Source of the DNA: Sminthopsis crassicaudata | Taxonomy: Eukaryota | DNA length: 64,000 nucleotides | NCBI RefSeq assembly: GCF_048593235.1 | Contig: NC_133622.1 | Coordinates: forward strand, 50,530,001-50,594,000 | Direction: 5' to 3' | Shown here: piece by piece, positions 1-13,149 of the stretch | Layout of the letters: each line of letters starts with the position of its first letter | Position numbering within the stretch: position 1 is the stretch's first letter | Notes under the pieces: generated by a model | The model's database searches: none | The model's input: only the letters and a program-made list of their open reading frames with translations | What the model was told of the DNA's origin: nothing | Program-made: the position numbers and the translations under genes

Positions 1-144
1 AATGATTACTTTTGAATTTAACAAACACTTATTAAACACATACAGTGCTCAAATCACTGTGCTAGAAATTTCAGAAATAAAAACAAAAGCTAAATACTCT
101 CTGACCTCTTTGCATTACACCTGAGGACTCTAAATCCATTTTTA

Positions 145-372
145 TTGTTGTTTAGTTGTTTTTCAATAATATCTGACATCTTATAACCCTATGTTTTTTT
201 TCTTGACAAAGATATTGGAGTAATTCATTATTTCCTCCCTCAGATAATTTTACAGATGAGGAAACCAAGCAAAGGAGGATTAAGTAATTTACCCACAGTC
301 ACACAGATAGCAAGTGTCTGAAGGCAAATTTAAACTCAGGAAGATGACTCAACACTCTTTCCATCACCACTT
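145..372 (-). mobile_element. MAR1-type marsupial SINE (CORE + RTE/BovB-like tail)
   Basis: Antisense CORE (ttttacagatgaggaaacc...cacagtcacacagatagcaagtgtctgaaggcaaatttaaactcagg) preceded by the antisense tail (ttgttgtttagttg...ttcttgacaaagatattggag), matching the recalled MAR1 layout. Confidence 0.75.
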
Positions 373-689
373 ATCAGTCCAAATAAATCCATATATTGAA
401 GTAAATAACAAGCATAGTTATTCTTTCTACATTGTAACCTTCCCTAATCATGATTTTGATCAGGGGAGTTTTAACAAAAACTCGGAAAGGATCAAAAGGT
501 TAGCAGAAAACAGAAAAAAATTTAGAAATTCAGAAATGCATAAATATATTTGTGGTATCATGTAGTATCAATATATCATATCTTTTAATGCCATAATATT
601 TCAGATCTCTCCTTTGGTACGAAATTAAGGCCAAAATTTTACATAAATTTTCCAGATCATGGCACCATGCCCAAAACATGTGATGTGGC

Positions 690-1050
690 AGGGATAACTG
701 CAATTTCAAGAGAAGAATATTACTAAAAACTAGAGGGAAGAGGAAAGGCATTGCTCAGGAGGGAGCACTTGAGGTGTGCTTTGGGGTAAGCTATGAAATC
801 TATGTGGGGATGGATGAGGAAGTATATTCTAAGAACTGGACGATGTAATTCTTGTTCATATTACTGCTAGTGGGTCAGTCTGAAATAGAGAGTGCATTAA
901 AAAGAATAATATAAAATTACTGGAAGGGTTGGAAATGGTATTAAATGTCACAATGAAAATGTTTTATTTACTCCTAGAGGCAAAACAGCCAATTATCTTA
1001 GATGGGTAAAATGATCAGATCCATGTTTTAGGAAAGACTACTAATTTATA
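690..1050 (-). mobile_element. Decayed L2 LINE 3' fragment
   Basis: Purine-rich segment ending aaaatgatcagatccatgttttaggaaagact, typical of antisense L2; heavily diverged. Confidence 0.45.
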
Positions 1051-1304
1051 CAAGAGGAAAAACTACATAGTTTTCCAAATTGGAATTTGTAAATGCTAAA
1101 AAATATGGCACAATATCATTTAAGCCACATGCTATGCATCTCCTTGGTTACATAACATAATATTTTATGTATTGCTGCTATGTGTGTGGTGATACATTAA
1201 CATACAGGAAAAGGAAAAAGATATATTGAGTTTAAAATACCTATAATTCTATCATACTAATTCATTTGTTCAAGTTCCTGGAATGTTAGTATTGTTTATC
1301 CCTT

Positions 1305-1310
1305 ACACAC

Positions 1311-1389
<79 letters not shown>

Positions 1390-1391
1390 CA
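1305..1391. repeat. (CA)n microsatellite
   Basis: Directly visible, with minor interruptions. Confidence 0.98.
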
Positions 1392-3339
1392 GAGCCCACA
1401 GTCAGAAAAACCGAATAGAAATCTTTTGGGACTACAGTAAACATTGTAGTCCATCTGCCCTTTCTCTTGCGATACCTGAGAGTTTGCTGGCTGATACAGA
1501 ATAGAAAAATGATTTCCAGGGCACTACCTTAGAGGCTTTCTTTTGGCAGCTTAGACCTCATCTGAGCTACCTGATCTATTACCTCAGTAACTTTCAAAAG
1601 GATAATAGGTAGGTTGGCCAGAAACATTCTCCTTCAACCTAGACATTTACAGATTTGTAGCCTAGGGTTCCCTAGTAGAAGATAATTTGTCATATTCAGG
1701 GTTGCCACTCATCACACATAAGGCAATTTCTGGAGGAAGTGCCAATGTAGAAAAAAGCAGCAGTGCACAAAGCAATTGTTATCAATGCTCTACTTTCTTT
1801 AGCCAACTATTTGTCAGCATTTTAGTGGCTTAGGAAAAGGTCAACTTATTTTGCACATTCAAAACAGTCAGAATGCAATTTGCATAAAGAACCAATAAGG
1901 TCAAACTGATTTTCCAGCATTCTCCATCATAATGTGATGCTCTTCCCCTGTAGTGAACTGACCATGTGATCAGTTGACCATTTATGTTTCTAGGACTCAT
2001 TGCAAGTGGTTTGCCAATTTTCTCCCAAAAGTTTCATATATGTTATTTTAGTCTTTTATCCCTGTCATCAATTTTAACCAGGGTACTTTTGTCTCTCTCC
2101 CTAAGCATTACACCAACCACAGAAAAGACATTTTACAGTTAGTTCCCAGCCCAGGGTCAATTTTCAGTGGGTCTAAAATCAAATTAATCAGCATCGCCAA
2201 ATCCACATGGATCTAGTTTGACCACAAATCCATATATAATTCTGTGTTCAGGGTTTTCTTTTAGTTTACTTCAGTTCAAATTCGTTTACATAAACTAAGA
2301 AGCTAATCAACAGTACATTATGATACATTGAAAAAACAAATATGTCACTATTTCTTTTTAAATGGTATTCTGTTAAATTAGGAACACAAGACTTTTTGTA
2401 TATTTTAGACCACTAACTTCTCATATTACCTGAACCAAAGAAACAGGAAATGAAATAACTTTGTTCATCAAAATCTCACTCAATACAATAGTCTTATTTA
2501 AATATCAGCTTTCATGGAGAAATTGAGGCATATTGCAATAGCAATAAAAATTAGTCAAATAATTTATGTGGTGTTTGATTTGTTCAATATATTCAATCAT
2601 TTTTTTTAATCCAGTCAAAACTAGTTTATGTTTTTTAATATACAAAACTATTTGGTAAAAAAAAATTAAATAAAATAAGCTAACCATTTAAATTTTAAAA
2701 AAGGCATTAAGTGAATGGCAAAAAAAAATCTAATTTGAATTAAATCCTGGCAGAAAAAATTTATATGCTCCCACAAGTCAAGACAAACTGAAGAAGCTTT
2801 CCTGTTTTGTCAATGGGCTCAATTATCCTTTAAGAGCTGGAAAGTCTTTAAAAGCCATGCAATGGAAAACATCATAAGAGTCTATATAACTGAAGAGCAG
2901 CTCAAGTAATCCCAAAGGAACTGTAGAACAGAGACAAAAGGACCTCAATGTAGTACAAGTTTTGAATTGAATTAATTTAATATTATTTATGGTACTCCAG
3001 AGAATGAAAGATAGGGGCTAAGAAATAATTCTAAGGGTCTTAAGAAGGGTAAGACAAAAGTTGGCAAGAGTATTATAGTTTTCACGAAAACTAAAGAATT
3101 AGAGAACTGCATCATTTAAGGCAAACACCTGAGATTTTGGGATACCTCATTTAGGTTATTAATTATTACTTTCCATCATATATATATATATATTTGGAGG
3201 GATTTAAAAAACCTTCCCTCATTTTGGTTGGCTCTTCCTTATTTCCAGGAACGTATGGTATGGCTGTATTCTCTTCACAGAAAAGAATCTGAAGTTGTGG
3301 AATCAGAGCTTACTCTTCACCTAAAGCAATGATCTGAGT

Positions 3340-3600
3340 AAATCTTTTTCTTGCTCTAATTCAATAACTTCAGTGGTTCCTTATGACTTCTAGGATCAAA
3401 CATTAAATCCTCTGTTTTGTTCTGAAAGCCATTGATAAACTAGCTACTTTTTTTTTTTTTTTTTTTTTTACTTTTTAGTGTTCTTACATGTCACTCATGG
3501 AAGTATTACCCAGTGGCAGTACTTTCCTTAGAGTTCATCACACAGGACAATGTTACTCTACCTACTTACTGGTTTCCCTGGCTTTCTTCAAGTCTCCACA
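3340..3600 (+). mobile_element. L2 LINE 3' fragment
   Basis: caataacttcagtggttccttatgacttctaggatcaaacattaaatcctctgttttg resembles the recalled marsupial L2 3' motif (ctccagtggctccctattgcctccaggatcaaatataaaatcctctgtttgg). Confidence 0.55.
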
Positions 3601-4345
3601 TAAATCCCACCTATTTTTTTTAAAGTGTATTTTATTTTTTTCCAACTTACATATAGGGAAGTTAAATTAGTATTCAGACACTATCAACCCTTTCTCTGGA
3701 TGTGGTTAGCATTTTCCATCATTAGCTCTTTGGAATTGTGTTCTATCATTGTTAATATTGAGAAAACTGAGTCATTCATAGCTGACAATTGCACATTACT
3801 GATGTCATACACAATATTCTCCTGGTTCTGCTCACATAACTTAGTATTGCATCAGGTAATCCTCTTCACATTTTTTGGAAACCCACCTTTTCATCATTAA
3901 TTATAGCATAATAATATCAATTTACATTCATATGCCAAAACTTGTTCAGCCATTCTCTAATAAATACTCCTCAATTTTAAATTCATCACTACTACAAAAA
4001 GAGTTACAATAAACATATATATATTTTATACATGTAGGTCATTTTCCTTTTTTTTTGTGATATCTTTGGGACAAATCTAAAACTGATATTACTAGAAAAC
4101 TTTTGTTACTGTGTTCAAAGAATTCCTGAGTTTGTCTTGGCAGATAGACCTTCAAGTATTTTATGTTTTCTACAGTTATTTTAAATGAAATGTCTCCTCA
4201 TATCTCACTACCTGGGCTTTGTTGATAACATATAGAAATGCTGATAATTTGTTCAGATTTGTTTCATATTCTGCAACTCTGCATACATTGAAATTATTTC
4301 AGGTAATTTTTTTGCTGATTATCCAGATTTTACCAGGTATACCAT

Positions 4346-4897
4346 TGTTATGGGCCAGAACTCTGAAACAAGGATTCTTACAAGATGTTCTTAGGGGAAT
4401 TGATGAGACATTAGTTATCTAGTTTAGCATGGTGATTAATAGTTCTCTAAATTCAGTATGATTGATTTAATCTTACAACAAATAATGGTTTCCTAGTGAT
4501 ATAATGATTGGTTTATACTCAGTGTAGGGCATATAAAATGGGAGTCAGAGCCAGAGACAGACTTAGAAAGGCTTGGAGAGAGACTCAGAAGGCCTAGACA
4601 CAGACTTGAAAAGGAGTGAGAGACAGATCAATTTCATCTTTCACCTTTGTGGTGACTGGAGGCTGGAGCACAAGCTCTCACACTGAAACAGACTTCAAGA
4701 CAGAGATTATGGTGGTGGTCCTCCTGCCTCCCCCCACAGAAACCAAGACACATTCAAGAGGCCCTCAAGAAAGCTGGCCCGGGACCCAGGCAAGGAAGTA
4801 ATAAAGAATTTGGACTTTAACATCTGGCTATTCTTATGGTGATTACTGAATTGTTAGGCTGCTCTAAGATCTCCAGAAAACCAAACAAGGCATTACA
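4346..4897 (+). mobile_element. Solo ERV LTR (552 bp) inserted in L1 ORF2
   Basis: Termini TGTTA...TTACA. 6-bp TSD taccat (4340-4345) / tactat (4898-4903). TATA-like catataaaa at ~4530 and AATAAA at ~4800. The L1 sequence is contiguous once the insert is removed. Confidence 0.9.
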
Positions 4898-7626
4898 TAC
4901 TATCATATCATCTACAAAGAGTGTTAACTTTATTTCCTCATTGGTTATTTCAATTCCTTCTGTTTATTTTTTCTACTTTTATTACTATAGCTAATGCTTA
5001 GGTAGATAGTGCCTTTAATTTCAAGAAAAATCTCAATTTATTCCTTTGCTCTCTATATTTTTAATAGAAATGGGTGCTGTTTTTGCGTCAAAAGCTTTTC
5101 TCTACATCTATTAAGATAATCACATTATTTCTCTTGTTGCTGTTTTGTTTTTAAGTTACATAGTCAATTATACTAATAGTTTTCCTAATATTGAACCAAC
5201 CGTGCATTCCCAGAATAAATTGCACCAGATCATACCATGTGATCCTTTTAATATATTGCTGAATTCTCTTGCTAGTTTTATTAAAAAATGTGTATATCAC
5301 TTTTGATTATAGAAATTGATCTTTAGTTTTTCCTCTGTCTTAGGTCTTCCTAGTTTAGGTCTTGGCACAATATTTGTGTCATAAAAGGGGATTTGGTAGT
5401 AATTCTTTATCCTTTTTCCAAATAGTTTATATGGTGTTTGAATTAATCAGTCTTTAAATGATTGGTAGCATTTACTCATGAACCCACTGGTCCTGGGAAT
5501 TTTTTCTTAGGAGTTCATGATGGCTTGTTTAATTTATTTTTTTTCTTTTTTTTCCTAAAATGGGGTTATCTAAGTATTTTTTCCTCTTTTGTTAATCAAA
5601 ACAACTTATATTTTGTAACTATTAATTGATTTTACTTAGATTGCCAGTTTTATTGTTAAATAATTGGGTACAATAGCTCCTAAAATTGTTTCAATTTCAT
5701 CTTAATTGGCCTTGAATTTTTTTGAAATTTTTGATACTGATATTTTAGAAATCAAATTAGTCAATGGCTTATTTATTTTATAATTTTCCCCATAAAACTA
5801 GATCTTAGTCATATATTAGTTCAATTGTTTATTCATCCCTCTTTTGATTCTTATGATTTCCAATTTGGGATTTAATTTTTCCTCTTAGTGTTTTCTTGAT
5901 CACTTTTGGCAAAACATAATTTCCCTTATTTTTTTATGAATTGGGATTGATTTTTCTTTTTCTTTTCTTAATTCATTATTGCTATTCTTACTTTTAAATA
6001 AAAATAAAAAAAACCTTTTTAAACATAATTATGTTCCTACTCTTTATTTTAATTTTGATTCAAATAAATTTCTTATACACGATATATTATAAGATTCTGG
6101 TTTCTAATGGATTCAGCTATGGTCTTTGGTTTTATAAGTAACTCATACCACTGCTATTTGCATATTTCCCCCATCCTCTTATGTTATATTTTCCTTAACT
6201 TTTAAAATCTGTTTTGCTTCTGACTACAAATTCTTTTAACTTACTTTCTTTTAATCCCCTCTTCCTTTTGTTCATACTTTTTCCTCTTCTTTTCTGAATA
6301 AGATTAATTTCTGCACCAAATTGTGTATTCTTCTCTCCCTGAATGAGTTTAAAGAATAAGGTTCAAATATTACTCATTCTTTAACCCCAATTTTATAAAC
6401 TCTCATTGTTTATGTTCTTTCTTATATATTTCATAATATATTTTTCTCTTTTTTTTCTTTTCCCTTCCTCTTTTCCCTAATTCACTCTTGTTTTTCATCC
6501 ATCTCTTCTTTTTAGATCATCCCAAGGAAATAGAAATCCTAGACATGTATGATCAGTAGATTTCTTCTACCTGGCTACTAGAGATGGTAAAAATTTTAAG
6601 GGATACATGGCTCAATTTTGTCATGTAGATAATATTTTAACCTGGTTCATTCACTTATGATATCTCAACCTTGTTTATCTTTTTTATGTTTTTCTTTAAT
6701 TTTCTGTTTGTCAGATTTTCTATTCAGTTCTGGTCTTTTCATCAGGAATGCTAAAAAGGCATTATTTCATTAAATATACATCTTTTTCTTCCATAGGATT
6801 ATACTTAATTTTGCTCAGTAGGTTATTCTTATTTGTACTCCCAGATCATTTGAATTCTGGAATATCATATTACAAGTTCTTTGTTCTTTTTTAATAGTAA
6901 CTGCAAATTTTTCAGGGGGTAATTCTGACTGTGGCTCCACAGTCTTTAAATTGTTGTTGTTAATATTATTGTTTCTGCATGTTTGCTGTATTTTTTCTTT
7001 GATCTGAGACATCTTAATATTGGTTACAATATTATGACTTTTCACCTTCATATTTCTTTCATGAGGTAAATTCTTCCAGCTTTTACTTTCCCATCTGTTT
7101 CCAGGATATTTGAGCAATTGTCCATAATTTCTTTAATTATGAAGTCAAAACTCTTTTTAATGGGGTTCATGTCTTTCAAGTAATCACTTTTCAAGTAATC
7201 AAGTAAGAATTTAGGTAATTCTTAAATTATTTCTCTTTGATCTATTTTCCATGTCTGTTTTTTTTCCCCATATTTCATTTGTGTTTCTGTGTGTGTGTAT
7301 TTTTTCCAGTTTTTCAATTTTTTATGTGTTTGTTACTTGAAGTCTCATTGAATCATTAACACCTGGTTGAGAAATTGTAACTTTTAACAATTTATTTTTT
7401 TTTCAGTGAAGTTTTATATATTTTTGACCCTTTAAGAAATTATTTTTCAGTGTTTTATTTATGTGTGTGTACCTCTTTCACCAAATTCTTTCTTCATATA
7501 TTTTCATTGTTCTCATTTCCTTTTCCCATTTTTCTCTGCCATTTTAAATAACTTGATGTTATTTTTCCACCTTTAATTTCTTTATTAATTATTCTTAGAA
7601 TTTTTCTTGAGTTTATACCAATCTGT

Positions 7627-7777
7627 GTTTTTTTTCTCCCCCTGAGGCAATTGGGGTTAAGTGACTTCCCCAGGGTCACACAGCTAGGAAGTGTTAAATG
7701 CCTGAGACCAGATTTGAACTCAGGTCCTCCCAACTTCAGGGCTGATTCTCTATCCACTGCACCACCTACCTGCCACA
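7627..7777 (-). mobile_element. WSINE1-type tRNA-derived CORE SINE
   Basis: Antisense poly(A) tail plus gaggcaattggggttaagtgacttccccagggtcacacagctaggaagtgttaaatgcctgagaccagatttgaactcagg. TSD aatctgt at 7620-7626 and 7778-7784. Confidence 0.92.
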
Positions 7778-10700
7778 AATCTGTAATTTTCTTTGTGACT
7801 TTGATTGTAGATGTTTTCAAGTCCTCATCTTCATCAGAGTCTATATTCTAACTTCCTTTTTAATTATAGTAACTTAGTGATTAGGTTCATTTTAGTTGCC
7901 ATTTATTAATTTTTGCATCTTATTTTTTTTAAACTTTGGATTTTGTTTGTATGGATGAGCTCTTCTCACTTGGAATATTACTGCTTTGAGCTTCTAGATT
8001 TCATGTGGTTTTGTTTGTTTTGTTGTTTTATTTTTCCCTCCTTTCACAATTCTGCCTTAGGGGTTGCAAGCTTTTGGTGTTTCTAATATGGCAAGATCAG
8101 GGCTGAGGTTTATTCAGTGCTTTTATGGTCTCTTTTCTGTTCCTTATATAGGTAGAGCCTCTGATCCCTTATGAAACTGATTGCTCATTTCAAGTCTTGA
8201 AATGTGACTCAGTACTGGGTAATGGGAAAAAGTTGCTAGACAGCATCTCTTCCTGGCCTCAATGCTAGAATAGTAATGTCCTAGAATTTCTTGCTGCCCA
8301 GGTGTTTCATTCTTTTACTATTTCTGGGAACTTAGCTGTTAACATTGCTGCCACAGACTGCTATCATCTCTACTACATGCTGTGTTTCCATATAATCCAA
8401 AGGTGAATGTCTGTAGACTTCTCTGTATATCTTCATATAGTTCCCTGTAGTGGAACAATAACTCATTGTGACTTATTCTTGGCTTTCTCACTCAGAATTT
8501 GGTTTGACACATTCTTTAAGTGGCTGTGGAGGAGGTTTTGGGGAGTTGTAGCAAATTTGTTAAGCTCTTGCTCTGCCATTTGGTCTCTACTCATCTAGAC
8601 TAGATGAGTTTCAATGTAGCTGAATCAGTAAGCCATTGAAGAATATTTGTCTTTCTTTCTTGGATAAATTTCTTATGGTGTATCACAAAATCAATTTATA
8701 ACATTCTCTCTTTATTTGGTAATTTCTATATTGCTGATAGAATTCCTTATTCTTTCTCATCTATCTCTGTCTTTGTGTATCTCTATCTCTTTGTGTGTTT
8801 GTGTGTCTGTCTTGGTGTACATTATTATCTCCTTGGAGCCAAAATTTCCATAAATTAAAACTTCACAAAACATTTGGGGAAGTGGATGTATTTGTCAATA
8901 CAAATATAAAATGGTATATGATAAGATATAAAATGGCATGGATTTATAGACTTAACTGGATGACTTCTAAAAAAGTTGTTATTGTTTCTTATGAAAAAGG
9001 AAATTTCATCAGTAAAAGTACTTTTTTTTTTTTCCAGTTTTTAGTCTTTATATTGTCCAATTTACTGTGAATGTTTCCTTCTTTCTCCCAGAAGTCTATA
9101 TTAGCTGTTTTACCACTGGTCTTCTCCCTAAACTTTCAACTTCAAGAAGCCTATGTTGCCCTATCAATGAATGAATAACTATTCCTCCTGTATTCCCAGG
9201 GCTTCTGAGAATTGTTGTTTATTTTCAGAGGATTACTCTGTTTTTTCAAAAATAATTTTCTCAGTAGTGTTTTTGGTTTTTCATTGCTCTTTGAAAACTA
9301 TGCTAACTGGGTTTATAAGCAGATGGGGGAATAACTGATGTTCTTTTGGGTACTCCGAGTTCAAAATGTTGCCTGGACTTCCAAGTTGAAATATCACATG
9401 AATTAAGTCAGTCATCATAGTATATTTATTTTGTTTTGTAATTTGTGAGGCAAGTTCTCTATATTCTGCCTTATGTAGATACATATGGAATTAGCTTAAC
9501 AATTTTTTTATTTTCCAATTACTTCACAAGAATTTATATTTTTTCAGTATGATTGTCATAATAATAATGAAAAATACATTGTTTACCAATCTCTGATAAA
9601 GTTTCTAATCTCTCATTTTTTTAAGCGCCCATCAATGGTACTGTTCTAATTTTAAAGATACCTCCAGCTAGATTTCATTTAACCTTCTAACAATCAGATA
9701 TAATTTACAAAGAAACATGTACAAAGGAAAAGGAAAGGAAAGAAAGAAAAGGAAAGGGAAAAAAAGCAACCCCACCCCCCTCAAAAAATTGAAAATACAA
9801 TCCTTTTTATATAAAATTAATCTCTGGGGATCACTTGTGGATTAAATAAATATTGCCAATTTCCAAATCAGAATCTCAATTGAGTTATCATCCTAGTACC
9901 CTGTTTTCACAGGATTTCCCTGCTGGAATCCTTTCTCCAAAATCATAGATTAATGTCTATTATAGGAAGCCCCGCCTATACCTAATACTAAAAATGACAA
10001 ATAAAATGGACCAAAATTCTAAACTATTTGTCACAAGAAAATGTTTCCAAAACTGAACAGAGGTATTTCTTTTCTATGCCCAATTTATTTCATGGCATCC
10101 ATGTTGTGAATAAATAAGATCTTTAACACTACCATCTTACCCCATGCATGAAAAAAAAGAGAGAGGAAGCAAGAGATAAAGAGAGAGAGAAAAAAGAGAG
10201 AGAGAAAGAGAGAATGAGAAAAAGCATTCCTATATGTAAGTTTTAAACACCTAGCTTCTTATAGTTATGCAACCAAGGGAAAAGATTGTTCTTATCTATG
10301 TAATAGGAGAACACAAAATGCCTTCCTTCAGAAGTAGGCCCATGACATCTTTACACAGATGCCTCCAGGTCATATGGGAACATGTCAACGTCCCATTGTA
10401 ACTCCCCCACACACACACACACATTTATATATGTGTATGTGTTAATATACATATACAGGCAGAACTTAAACTCTAGAAATTGTTATTTTTAAGATAAATG
10501 GGAAGAGTATTTAGATCATATGAGTGGTGTTAATTCAAGTCTTAAATTATATTGACCTTTTGGATATTCCTTTTGGCATCTTATCGCAGTGATCTCCATT
10601 AATAATTTTTTTTCCCTGTTTTCCCTATGTTCTAGTTACAATGTCTCAATATGACACCATTCGTTTTCATGAATTTGGATGTAAGGAAATTTTTTATCAG

Positions 10701-10999
10701 TGGGAGTTATGAAGAATTTGAAGCTCTGAAACTTCTAAAGTATTCTTCTCTATACTTTTCCTGCATATGCATGTTCCTTGTATCATGTTCCTTGTAACAA
10801 CAAGTTATTTTTTATCCCACTACCCCACAAAAAATAAGTAGATACTTTGTCATTCTTTATACTTTTTCTTAAAAAAAAAAAAAAAGGAATATTGATTTTA
10901 ATTAAGGAAATCAATTCTATATGCATCTCAGAATAGATATTCATTCACTTGAGATCAAGAAAAAGCAAACACAACCAAGCTAAGTAGTAGTAGATAGTA

Positions 11000-11190
11000 G
11001 TAGATAGTAGATAGAACACTGGCCTGAGAATAAGGAAAATTCATATTTCTGAATTCAAATCCAGCTTTAGCCACTTAGTAGATATATGGGCAATCCACTT
11101 CACTTACCTTAGTTCCTCATATATAAAATGAATTGGAGAAGGAAATGACAAACCACTTCAGTGTCTAGTATCCAGACACAATTAAACAAA
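11000..11190 (+). mobile_element. MAR1-type SINE
   Basis: Head gatagaacactggcctgag, B-box-like gaattcaaatccagc, CORE cctcatatataaaatg, RTE tail ggagaaggaaatgacaaaccacttcagtgtct. Confidence 0.75.
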
Positions 11191-12484
11191 AATTCCAAGC
11201 TTTAAAATGGTATGTGTTCATGGCCCGGAGGGAATGAGGGAGAGTGGCTAATGAAAGTTACCATTGCCACCATTCCAACTGGAAGCCGTTTTAAGAGTCT
11301 TGACCCAATTCTTAAGGAGAAAGAAAAATGTAATGAGGACATTGTTGTCTTTTAATTCCCACTGAGACATCAATTATTTTGGCTCTATAATTCACACAGT
11401 GAAATGAACCCTGGAATACTAACTCTGAGCATATTGCCATTGGTTACTTCTCCACTTATATAAGTATGGAAATATTAAAATAAAATAAAAATAACCATTT
11501 TAAAGGATGTGATTGATGGAATAATGATTTTTTTCCATTAAATTTTACTTCATTCCTCAGAAAATATTGAGTGGTGATAGCATCTATAACTACTAGCTCT
11601 TCTTTTCTCTCTCCTCCCTCTTTCTTTTTGCTTTCTCTCATAATTAAAAGATAGCATAAAAAAAATCTTTTCACTGATTCCATTATTCTCTTTGTTTTGT
11701 GCTAATTGAAGTTAATAAGCTGATCCAAAAAAACTGCAAGAAATAAATTCCCTCTGTATGTGTTTAGATTCTGAACCATTTAGAAATTTTAATAAGAGAA
11801 TTAATATATTCTTTAGTACTGTGAAAACTGACTATATCTTTCACTTCAGAGCATAGAGTATACATTAGATTCTGTCCTTAGTTGACTTTTTCTAGTGAAA
11901 TGGTTGATGAATTAATTTCACATATTGTTCTGGAAGTTCAACGAATTACCAACTAAGCCTTCCTGAGAAACCATCTGTGCGCTATTGCAGCTGCCCTACT
12001 CCCTGAGTTTCTGAGTTACTCTCTACCCAACCATGTGTTGTTCATTCCTAGGCTGGCTGCCATGCATTGTGTATTCCAAATACTTACGTGGATGTGCAAT
12101 CTCCAATCTGTGTTTGTGTGATGAAACCATTTTAAATCTATTTTAAAACCTTTCATTCTGCTTAAATGTGTTTGAAATGTTGTATTTTGTAGATTATTGA
12201 AAGTGCTGCACAATTTCCCAAAAGGGATCCATACTGACATCTTCTATGGCAGCAGAACATAGCTTAGAAGATGATACACTTCGATGCTTTATTGTTGAGT
12301 TGGTGCAAATACTCAGCAGATCGTTAAATTATGGGAGCTCAATCTCGTTGTCTTATATAGTTTTATTTTATACATAAGAGAATTTTTTTATGCAAAGCCT
12401 TCAAAATCTATACAGAATATGGCAAGATTTATAGTGCACATAAGTTGGAGTGTATGGGGTGTTCAAGAGCAATTAGTTGTCTTT

Positions 12485-12985
12485 GCAGGGCCTCTCATCC
12501 ACCATTGGTGTCACTTTTACCCAATTCTCATTTGTGGCTCCAAGAATCTATAACCACACTCTATTAAAATTCTCAAAATAAAAACAAAACCAAAACAGGC
12601 CAGATTAGGTTGAGAGCAATTGATAGCCCTTATGCACATCAGAGAAGAGAATTAGAAGATGTATATTTCAAGAATGTGAGGACTTCCTCTGACTGAAAGG
12701 GTGGATGAGATCAATTTGTTCCAATAGTCATAAATATGGCTGAAATAAGTATTGTGGAGTGCTTAGAGTTAGATCAGATATTGAAGATTCCAAAGTAATC
12801 CACTGCATCCTAGGCCGTCACTAATTATCTTGCCTTTTGTCTTGTCACTGGATTCCTGTAACCAGAAGAGAGCAAGATTAATAATTGTGCTCAATTCCAC
12901 TTAAGTCTAATTCATATGCAAGTTAAGACATTGCCTTCTTAATGTCATTTGTCTTTTTTCCAAAAAAGGACAAACAAGGAGAATG
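12485..12985 (+). mobile_element. RTE-related marsupial element (WALLSI/RTESINE-like)
   Basis: ccaaagtaatccactgcatcctaggcc...tcttgtcactggatt...cacttaagtctaattcatatgcaagttaagacat...aaggacaaacaa matches the recalled RTE-derived 3' region. Confidence 0.65.
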
Positions 12986-13149
12986 AAATATGTGGTTTAT
13001 TTTGATCAATAATCAGTCCCAGCCTAAGTCTCATTTGCTTATTGTTTGGATTTTGAAAGCTGAAAGTAGTGTAAATGTTTCACTTCTGGCCAGAGCCCCG
13101 GAAGGTTTTCCCCTCCCAGGATGATTCTTTTGAGAAAGCAAAGTAGGGC

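Larger units (their letters stand above)
3660..8595 (-). mobile_element. Decayed, internally deleted near-full-length L1: 3' UTR ~3660-3900, ORF2 remnants ~3900-5900, inter-ORF ~5900-6700, ORF1 remnant ~6700-7900, 5' UTR to ~8595; interrupted by an LTR and a SINE
   Basis: ORF 6815..7117(-) ends KEQRTCNMIFQNSNDLGVQIRITY, like L1 ORF1p KDRRAWNMIFRKAKELGLQPRITY. Antisense RT-region motifs (tataccat/catatcatctacaaagag; atattgaaccaaccgtgcattcc). L1 5'-end-like ctctgccatttggtctc at ~8572. May be two adjacent elements. Confidence 0.8.

Noticed and set aside
1283-1504. His/Thr-repeat ORFs (also 18988-19170, 18902-19129, 51367-51549)
   Set aside because: Translations of (CA)n, (GT)n and (TA)n microsatellites.
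6815-7117. 100-aa ORF as a domesticated L1 ORF1 gene
   Set aside because: Partial and degraded, surrounded by broken ORF1 sequence and a SINE insertion; no sign of preservation.
7627-7777. tRNA-like A/B boxes as tRNA genes (also 49173-49332, 55421-55580, 62352-62487)
   Set aside because: They are SINE heads followed by CORE sequence and tails; no cloverleaf or anticodon arm.
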